Below, one piece after another: positions 57,257-64,000 of a DNA stretch of 64,000 nucleotides. Where the stretch lies: contig CAZKVV010000005.1 of the NCBI GenBank assembly GCA_964556485.1, positions 16,326-80,325 on the forward strand, in the 5' to 3' direction. The DNA comes from an uncultured Pseudomonadales bacterium (GTDB lineage Bacteria; Patescibacteriota; Microgenomatia; UBA1400; PJMF01). The position numbers and the translations under genes are program-made. Position 1 is the first letter of the stretch; every line of letters starts with the position of its first letter. The notes beneath the pieces are model-generated. The model saw only the letters and a program-made list of their open reading frames with translations. It ran no database searches and was not told where the DNA came from.

Positions 57257-57257
57257 A

Positions 57258-58316
57258 TTAAGAAACAGCTGTTCTTGGAAGGTTGACCACAAAGGCAGCT
57301 CCACCAAGTTTGCTCTCTTGTGCCGAAATAGTACCGCCATGTAGTTCAACAATTTCTTTGGCTACTGAAAGGCCCAGTCCAAAGCCACCAGCCCTTCTCG
57401 AACGCGCAACATCAGCCCTAAAAAATCGATCAAATAATCGCTCTCTATCTTTTCCTGAAATACCACTGCCAGAGTCAGCAACCATAATTTGCACGTCTCG
57501 CAAACGCTTTTGAATAGTCAATTCAACCGTTCCTTTTTGTGGAGTATATTTACTGGCATTATCAAGCAAAATCGTAATCAATTCCTTAATTTTGTCAGCA
57601 TCAAACTGAGCTTTTGTGAGTGTTATTTTAGTGCTGAAGGTAATTTCCTTTTCAGTAAAGACAGCATTAAATTTCTTAGTTGTTTTCTCGACAAAATCGG
57701 CAAGCACAACCGTAGACAAATGCAGTTGTTTCCGCGAGCTTTGATAGGTTGCTAACTCAAGCAATTTAGTCACCAACCGCTCTAAATTTTTGACTTCATC
57801 TAAGTTATCTTCAATCAGCTCCTGAGCTTCCTTTAAACTTGGTTTTTTTGAGAGCCCAAATACTTCAAGTGATGTTTTGAGAGCAGTAATGGGAGTCCGC
57901 AGTTCGTGAGAAGCATCAGCAACAAACCGACGCTGCTCTTCCATCGCAATCTGAATTGGTCGAAGTGTCTTTCCAGCCAATAAATATCCAGCGCCTGCGC
58001 TAAAAACTAAAATAATGCCATTAATAACAAGTAGGTGAAACTTAATCGTGTGTTTTGCTTCCTTGAGTTCTTGATCTAAAATTTGACGTTTCAGTGCTTG
58101 TTGTAAACCTGGATCCAGCTTCTCCAACCGTTCAGACAAATACTCTGGCAGCACAATGCCACGCTCTTGAGCCAATACTCTCAGCTGCGTTCGTGACAAG
58201 CCACGTTCTAATTCGCGCACAAACGAAAAATACAGCGCGGTACTAAATAAGGTACTGACACAAAAAATAATGAGAACATACCAATAGGTTAATTTTACTC
58301 TGGCAGAACGAAACAT
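57258..58316 (-). CDS. Sensor histidine kinase
   Basis: Two TMs; ASHELRTP, NASKY, DSGSG, FFR and GLGLS boxes. Confidence 0.96.
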   Translation of the reverse strand: MFRSARVKLTYWYVLIIFCVSTLFSTALYFSFVRELERGLSRTQLRVLAQERGIVLPEYLSERLEKLDPGLQQALKRQILDQELKEAKHTIKFHLLVINGIILVFSAGAGYLLAGKTLRPIQIAMEEQRRFVADASHELRTPITALKTSLEVFGLSKKPSLKEAQELIEDNLDEVKNLERLVTKLLELATYQSSRKQLHLSTVVLADFVEKTTKKFNAVFTEKEITFSTKITLTKAQFDADKIKELITILLDNASKYTPQKGTVELTIQKRLRDVQIMVADSGSGISGKDRERLFDRFFRADVARSRRAGGFGLGLSVAKEIVELHGGTISAQESKLGGAAFVVNLPRTAVS

Positions 58317-58993
58317 TACGCCTTCCCAAGCGAGTAACCAAATCCTCGCACTGTATAGATGAGTGTAGGCAACTGAGGAAACGGTTTCTCCAGTTTACTG
58401 CGCAAATACCCTAAGTATACTTCGGCGGTGTTTGGCAACACATCTGCATCAAACTCCCAAACATGTGACAACAACTGTTCTTTAGACAACACCGTTTCTT
58501 TATTTTGCAGTAAATACGCAAGCAGCGCAAACTCACGCTTGGTAAGGGAAATACTGGTGCCTGCCCTGGTAACTGAGGCTTTGGCAGTATCAAGTTCTAC
58601 ATCCTGATACTTGAGTATTGCTCCCATCAACTGCTGTGGTCTTCTAGCAAGTGCTTTGACCCGCGCAACTAACTCTTCAAAAGCAAATGGCTTGGGTAAA
58701 TAGTCATCAGCACCAATAGTTAAACCAGCCACTCGATCATCCACCTCACCCTTGGCAGTAAGCATCAAAATGGGAGTGGTGATATTCTCGGCACGAAGTT
58801 CGCGACAAATCGTTAATCCATCCATACTTGGCAACATCAAATCAAGAATAATCACGCTGTATGGCTCAGTTGCAGCTAAATCGTAGCCCTGTTGGCCGTC
58901 CAATGCGATATCTACAGAATACCCATGGGCGGTTAAACCTTTCTGTATTGCTTGTGCAATCCGCTGTGTATCTTCGATAACAAGTATTCGCAT
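58316..58993 (-). CDS. OmpR/PhoB family response regulator
   Basis: MRILVIED, LDLMLP, DDYLPKPF and TVRGFGY motifs. Confidence 0.96.
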   Translation of the reverse strand: MRILVIEDTQRIAQAIQKGLTAHGYSVDIALDGQQGYDLAATEPYSVIILDLMLPSMDGLTICRELRAENITTPILMLTAKGEVDDRVAGLTIGADDYLPKPFAFEELVARVKALARRPQQLMGAILKYQDVELDTAKASVTRAGTSISLTKREFALLAYLLQNKETVLSKEQLLSHVWEFDADVLPNTAEVYLGYLRSKLEKPFPQLPTLIYTVRGFGYSLGKA

Positions 58994-59018
58994 GGTCACA
59001 CTAGAGTATAACAAAATG

Positions 59019-59035
59019 CTGAGAGTTTGCTGAAA
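59019..59035 (-). promoter_or_regulatory. Putative autoregulatory box TTTCAG-N5-TCTCAG
   Basis: Direct repeat 8 nt upstream of the TATACT -10 of the response regulator. Confidence 0.7.
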
Positions 59036-59148
59036 ATGACTCAATCCCACTTTGCTTGCTTTCTGTTCCCTGTCTGTGGTATACTATAGGTTCTGCCTTA
59101 AAGCCGTCATTAGAGCCTTAGGCTCTACTTTTTTTGAAACACACCTTT

Positions 59149-60966
59149 ATGTCAAAACACATTAGGAATATTGCCGTTATCGCCCACGTTGACCATGGGA
59201 AAACTACCCTGGTAGATGCGCTTCTCAAACAGACTCACACTTTCCGTGACAACCAACGCGAAATGCATGAAGAGCGCATTATGGATAGTAATGACCTCGA
59301 GCGAGAGCGCGGTATTACCATTTTGGCAAAAAACTGTGCAATTGAATACAAAGGTACGACTGTCAACATTATTGATACTCCAGGACACGCCGATTTTTCT
59401 GGCGAAGTTGAACGCACACTTTCTATGGCGAGTGGTGCTCTCCTTATCATTGATGCTCAAGAGGGACCAATGCCTCAGTCACGTTTTGTGCTCAAAAAAG
59501 CTTTAGCACTTGGCTTAAAAGTGATTGTGGTTATCAACAAAATTGATAAACCATTTGCTCGTGTTGAAACAGTCATGACCAAAATCGATGACTTGTTCTT
59601 AGAGCTCGCCCACGACGAAGAACAGCTTAAATTTATTACCATGTTTGCAATTGCGCGTACTGGAAAAGTATTTGCAACCATGCCAGATGATTTTGAAGCT
59701 CCGGGAACTGTTGAACCACTCCTTGAAACCATCCTTAGAGAAATTCCAGCTCCTGATGCAGACGTAACTTCTCCATTCAAAATGGTGGTATCTACTCTCG
59801 ACTATGATGCTCACAAAGGCAGAATCGTTATCGGTAAAATTCATCAAGGAACCATCAAACCAAAAAGCAGTGTTATCATGACCGATGCTCCTACCAAAAA
59901 ACTCCAAATTGAGAGTGTAATGCTTTCACAGGGTCTTGGTAGACGTCAGGTTGAAGAAGCCTCAGCGGGCGACATCGTTGCCCTCACCGGCATCACTGAT
60001 GTCAGCATTGGTGCGACGCTTTCTGACCCAAGTGACACTACTAGTCTTAATAGTATTGAAATTTCTGAACCAACTCTTCACATGAACATGGGATCTAATA
60101 CATCTCCATTCACCGGTAAAGAGGGTGAGTTTAGCACCAGTCGACAACTAGAGGAGCGCTTGGACCGTGAGCTTGAAAGTAATCTCTCTCTCCGCGTGGA
60201 AAAACTCCCCAATGCTCAATTTAAGCTTTCTGGTCGTGGTGAACTTCATCTTTCCATTTTGCTTGAAAACATGCGCCGTGAAGGGTACGAAATGGAAGTG
60301 AGTAAACCTCAGGTTATTACTAAATCTATTAACGGTGTAACTTCAGAACCTATCGAAGAAGTGAGTGTCATTGTTCCAACAGAATATACCGGAACAATCA
60401 ACCAAGAACTAGGAAAACGTTTTGGCGAGATGCTCAAAATGGAGCCTATTTCTGATACTGAAGTTGAGTTCCAATATAAAATGACAAGTCGATCACTCAT
60501 TGGTCTACGTAGTACACTGCTTACCTTAACCAAAGGAACCGTGTTGCTTAGTAGTCAACTCATTGGCTACGCTCCTGTTGGCAGAGATTTGCCACAGCTT
60601 CGCAATGGTGCCTTGCTTGCTTCAGAAACTGGTGTCGTTTCAGGATATGGACTGAATGCGGCCCAAGAACGTGGCATTACGTTTGTTAACCCTGGTGATG
60701 CCATCTACGAAGGTCAAGTCATTGGCTTAAATGCTAAAAAAGAGGATATCGAAGTCAACGTCTGTAAAGGCAAAAAACTCACTAATGTGCGTTCCAAAGC
60801 TTCGGACGGTATTCTTCACATCGTACCTCCAATTGTCATGAGTCTCGAGCAATCATTAGAGTTTATTAATGACGAAGAATTACTTGAAATAACACCAAAA
60901 TCACTGCGCGTTCGCAAACGATTCTTAACCGAAAACGATCGCAAGCGCAACCGCCGCAGAGACTAA
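59149..60966 (+). CDS. typA: Translational GTPase TypA/BipA
   Basis: [23 protein letters not shown] and ELLEITPKSLR motifs. Confidence 0.98.
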   Translation: MSKHIRNIAVIAHVDHGKTTLVDALLKQTHTFRDNQREMHEERIMDSNDLERERGITILAKNCAIEYKGTTVNIIDTPGHADFSGEVERTLSMASGALLIIDAQEGPMPQSRFVLKKALALGLKVIVVINKIDKPFARVETVMTKIDDLFLELAHDEEQLKFITMFAIARTGKVFATMPDDFEAPGTVEPLLETILREIPAPDADVTSPFKMVVSTLDYDAHKGRIVIGKIHQGTIKPKSSVIMTDAPTKKLQIESVMLSQGLGRRQVEEASAGDIVALTGITDVSIGATLSDPSDTTSLNSIEISEPTLHMNMGSNTSPFTGKEGEFSTSRQLEERLDRELESNLSLRVEKLPNAQFKLSGRGELHLSILLENMRREGYEMEVSKPQVITKSINGVTSEPIEEVSVIVPTEYTGTINQELGKRFGEMLKMEPISDTEVEFQYKMTSRSLIGLRSTLLTLTKGTVLLSSQLIGYAPVGRDLPQLRNGALLASETGVVSGYGLNAAQERGITFVNPGDAIYEGQVIGLNAKKEDIEVNVCKGKKLTNVRSKASDGILHIVPPIVMSLEQSLEFINDEELLEITPKSLRVRKRFLTENDRKRNRRRD

Positions 60967-60995
60967 CCAAGTAACCGTGGTATAGTGAGTTCACT

Positions 60996-61469
60996 ATGCT
61001 TACTATCAACTCTCTAGCACCCCTCGATGTGCCTGTTCTTACTTCTGAAGGTGTATCCACATCTCTACGTGACTACCTTGGTTCTTACCTGGTTCTCTAT
61101 TTTTACCCAAAAGATGCCACTCCTGGATGTACTCTCGAAGCCTGCAACTTTCGTGATGCTAACTCTGAGCTACAAAAAAGTGGTGTTACGGTGATCGGCA
61201 TTAGTGCAGATTCAGTCAAATCTCACCAAAAATTTGCTGAAAAACACTCGCTGCCTTTTCCACTGTTTTCTGACGAAAAAAAGGAATTAATTTCGGCATT
61301 TGGCGTTTTAGTGGAAAAATCTATGTTTGGCAAAAAATACATGGGAATTGAACGCAGTACCTTTGTCATTGATCCAAAGGGAAAAATTGTGCATGTTTGG
61401 CCAAAAGTGAATCCACTTGGCCATAGTGATGCAGTACTAACCTTCTTTCGGGACAAACTTAAGCGATAG
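60996..61469 (+). CDS. bcp: Peroxiredoxin BCP
   Basis: YFYPKDATPGCTLEAC and ERSTF motifs. Confidence 0.95.
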   Translation: MLTINSLAPLDVPVLTSEGVSTSLRDYLGSYLVLYFYPKDATPGCTLEACNFRDANSELQKSGVTVIGISADSVKSHQKFAEKHSLPFPLFSDEKKELISAFGVLVEKSMFGKKYMGIERSTFVIDPKGKIVHVWPKVNPLGHSDAVLTFFRDKLKR

Positions 61470-61525
61470 CGAATTGACGCAACACCTATTGACAGCTTCG
61501 GGTTTGGTTAGTGTAGTATGAGTGC

Positions 61526-61771
61526 ATGTACCAAATAATAGGCGAAACCATTTGGGTTGCTGGCGTATACAAAAGTTCCCAGTTTATTCCCAAAAAATTT
61601 AAGTGGCGAGACAAAGAGCTTCCCATTTCTACCATTACCCTTATTTCTGATGCCAAGGATGGAGCGATAAAAAAACGCTTCTACAGCGTTGTTTCTGGCA
61701 ATGAGGTGTATCGCCTAGAGTTTAATCGTGAATCCGAACAATGGTATTTACAAGAGTTATGGGTGGAGTAA
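61526..61771 (+). CDS. Small beta-rich protein upstream of dinB (DUF6504-like)
   Basis: P..F.WR...Y.V..G..YRL.F....QW.L pattern; 3 nt from dinB. Confidence 0.7.
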   Translation: MYQIIGETIWVAGVYKSSQFIPKKFKWRDKELPISTITLISDAKDGAIKKRFYSVVSGNEVYRLEFNRESEQWYLQELWVE

Positions 61772-61774
61772 GGT

Positions 61775-63001
61775 ATGCAAAAATCAATTCTGCACGTAGA
61801 TATTAACTCGTACTTTGCCACCCTGCTGCAACAAGAAAACCCGCATTTGCGGGGTAAACCTATTGGCGTCATAAAAGATGTAGGTCGCAGTTGCCTGATT
61901 GCTGCCAGTAAAGAAGCCAAAACGTATGGAGTTGCCACCGGCTGTCGCCTGCGAGATGCGCAAGTGCTGTGTCCTCAAATCCAGGCTATTCCTGCTACTT
62001 TCGAGCGATACTTAGATGCCACTAAAAGACTACAAAAAGTGTTTCAAGCTATTGCACCTTCCGTACACATCTATTCACTGGATGAAGCCTTTATTGACAT
62101 CACCGACTGCCGACACTACCTCTACCCAGACGCTCAACAGCTGGGAGTGGCAATTCAGAATCATATAAAAAATGAACTTGGCGAATGGGTAACCTGTAAT
62201 GTAGGTATTGCTGAAAATAGATTGCTGGCAAAAATAGCTTCAGAAACGACTGCCAAAGGCACCGTGTTGGAAATTACCAGCGAAAACAAAGATGCGCTGC
62301 TTGCCCGCACCACCTTTGATCAAGTGTGTGGCATTGGCTACCGCTTATCAAAAAAGTTGGCCCTACTTAACGTTACCGTTCCGTACCAGATTAGGTTTAT
62401 TGCGCGCGAAGACCTAGAAGCACTAGTGGGAACCTTTTGGACTAATGAACTGTACAAAATTGCGTATGGCCAAGAAACACATATGCTTAAACAAATTGAT
62501 CGGTACCAAGAACACATGAAAAGTGTTGGACGTTCTATTACTGGATATCGTTTGTACACCAAGGATAAGGAAATACAAAGTATTTTAGCCAATCTTTGCC
62601 TGGAAATTATCGACAAGATCCGTACCATGCACCTTGCCGGCAGACATATCGCCATTGGACTGTATGGCCAACAAACCAGTTGGCATACGCACCTTACCAC
62701 GCACTGTTCTGTCCTCCATGCCTCAGAACTTATTGCTAAGGTCCTTGATTTATATACGCAGTGGCCAAAAAACTTTAAAGTTATTAAGTTTGCGGTTCGT
62801 CTTTCTTTGCTCGAACCACATCGACAACCTCAGTTGCTACCGCAGTGGCAAACGCACGAAGCAGTACAAACAGCCCTCGATGCTATCAACAAAAAATATG
62901 GATTATTTACCACGCATCCCGCATCTATCGAAAAAAATGACTTAATTAGACCAGAAGTGACTGGCTTTTTGGGAGATAGAATGTACCAGTTGAGGGAGTA
63001 G
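61775..63001 (+). CDS. dinB: Y-family DNA polymerase IV
   Basis: HVDINSYF, SLDEAF, LAKIAS, GIG and clamp-like QPQLL motifs. Confidence 0.93.
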   Translation: MQKSILHVDINSYFATLLQQENPHLRGKPIGVIKDVGRSCLIAASKEAKTYGVATGCRLRDAQVLCPQIQAIPATFERYLDATKRLQKVFQAIAPSVHIYSLDEAFIDITDCRHYLYPDAQQLGVAIQNHIKNELGEWVTCNVGIAENRLLAKIASETTAKGTVLEITSENKDALLARTTFDQVCGIGYRLSKKLALLNVTVPYQIRFIAREDLEALVGTFWTNELYKIAYGQETHMLKQIDRYQEHMKSVGRSITGYRLYTKDKEIQSILANLCLEIIDKIRTMHLAGRHIAIGLYGQQTSWHTHLTTHCSVLHASELIAKVLDLYTQWPKNFKVIKFAVRLSLLEPHRQPQLLPQWQTHEAVQTALDAINKKYGLFTTHPASIEKNDLIRPEVTGFLGDRMYQLRE

Positions 63002-63029
63002 CAATGGAGAAACGCTAGTCTGGAGACGC

Positions 63030-63060
63030 AAAAAGACCCAGTGTAAAACTGGGTCTTTTG
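63030..63060. terminator. Bidirectional intrinsic terminator
   Basis: AAAAGACCCAGT/ACTGGGTCTTTT between convergent genes. Confidence 0.85.
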
Positions 63061-63077
63061 TTAAACAGGGGTATCTA

Positions 63078-63608
63078 TTAGGCTTCGATCTCTTTCGAGA
63101 CCTCGGCCAAGGCCTCCATCAGGGGAGCCGGAGCCTTAGGGGCTTCGAACATGGTGACGACGGGTTTCCCGCCGACGTTAGCCATTTCGGCCAACAGACG
63201 GACTCGTTCGCCATCCTTATTGGTGATCCAGACCTTCACGGCAGAACCGTAAGGCAGGACGAACAACCCTTCCACCGAGTGCAGTTTGTTGGCGGGTTTT
63301 GCAATCCGTTCAAAAAACTTGTGCTCGATATTCAGACGCGACTTTTTCATCGCGCCCGCAATTGTTTCCACTTCAAAGCCCACGAACTGCCCCTTGGGGG
63401 CAACATGCGTGACGCGCCACCACACTGTGGGGGCGGTCTTTTCTTTGTTCGATTTGACAATTTTCCCCTGGATAAACCAGGGGTTAGGAACCAAATTGCC
63501 TTGTGAATCAACGGCGTCGGAAGAAATCTCCCCAACAAGTTGACGGAAGGTGGTTCCAGCAAAAATACCAGAATTGACTTTGTTATTATTTGCAGAAAAA
63601 GTAGCCAT
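63078..63608 (-). CDS. Hypothetical protein (GC-richer than neighbours)
   Basis: 176-aa ORF with TAAGGAG RBS, own promoter and terminator. Confidence 0.75.
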   Translation of the reverse strand: MATFSANNNKVNSGIFAGTTFRQLVGEISSDAVDSQGNLVPNPWFIQGKIVKSNKEKTAPTVWWRVTHVAPKGQFVGFEVETIAGAMKKSRLNIEHKFFERIAKPANKLHSVEGLFVLPYGSAVKVWITNKDGERVRLLAEMANVGGKPVVTMFEAPKAPAPLMEALAEVSKEIEA

Positions 63609-63629
63609 TGTTTTCTCCTTAAGAAAAAA

Positions 63630-63822
63630 TGAAATCAGAATTTGTAGGCTGCCTCAAGGCCTACGAAATGAGTGAGGCAAGCTACAGTCGAGTTAACTTC
63701 GTTAGAAGTGAAAAAATCAACTGTACTTTGCCTCACTATTCAAGGCCGTATATATAGATATCCTGTTAACGAACATGTGTGTGTCGCAGTGCTGTTTGCT
63801 AGAAACAGAAGCGGCACAACAA
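63630..63822 (-). ncRNA. Putative structured RNA leader
   Basis: Stems AGTGAGGCAA/TTGCCTCACT, TACAGT/ACTGTA, GTAGGC/GCCTAC and CTGTTT/AAACAG. Confidence 0.5.
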
Positions 63823-63827
63823 CGACT

Positions 63828-63856
63828 ATTATAGCCTATAACTATTAGTTTGTCAA
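63828..63856 (-). promoter_or_regulatory. Perfect consensus sigma70 promoter
   Basis: TTGACA-17 nt-TATAAT. Confidence 0.85.
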
Positions 63857-63934
63857 GCTATTGGAAATAATTGCTGCTCCATAAAGGCTATTCCTCGAGG
63901 AAAAAAGTGTGGTAGTATAGTTGCAAAGGAACCT

Positions 63935-64000
63935 ATGAAACACCTACTCAGCCTCACCACACTCGCTACCACATCCCTCTTACTAGCAGCTTGTTTGCCA
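63935..64000 (+). CDS. Lipoprotein, 5' part only (runs off the window)
   Basis: MKHLLSLTTLATTSLLLAAC lipobox; AAGGA RBS. Confidence 0.65.
   Translation, partial: MKHLLSLTTLATTSLLLAACLP

Noticed and set aside
63770-63783. CGAACATGTGTGTG as a Firmicutes-type LexA box
   Set aside because: The right half-site deviates from GTTC, and no such box precedes dinB
1-64000. Alternative genetic code (UGA=Gly), introns or inteins
   Set aside because: TGA ends several genes, core genes are intact under code 11, and rpoB, rpoC and fusA have no intein-sized inserts

Overview
64-kb chromosomal window from a Patescibacteria (CPR) genome, most likely Microgenomates-type. This is inferred from the missing uL30 gene, short AlaRS, sortase, minimal fermentative metabolism and standard code 11 (TGA is a stop). 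Bases 1-23.3 kb (minus strand) hold rpoB-rpoC-rpsL-rpsG-fusA-tuf-S10-spc-secY-adk. The rest holds housekeeping and accessory genes: mltG, macrodomain, ruvX, sortase, alaS, prmC, a COG0523 GTPase, citryl-CoA lyase-like enzyme, tandem metallophosphoesterase, Cas4/AddB-like nuclease, a fermentation island (LDH, ADP-forming acetate-CoA ligase, 2-oxoacid:ferredoxin oxidoreductase, P-type ATPase), DsbA, U32 protein plus ferredoxin, RsmF-like methylase, an OmpR-type two-component system, typA, bcp and dinB. The best signals are non-coding. They are a complete Ala (GCC) T-box riboswitch ahead of alaS, a multibranch RNA leader ahead of rpoB, a structured ~210-nt leader on a stand-alone orphan gene, an MprA-like TTTCAG-N5-TCTCAG box shared by two promoters of the two-component locus, and widespread leaderless promoters. 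I found no rRNA, tRNA, CRISPR array or transposase. All calls are by eye from sequence motifs; no searches were run.
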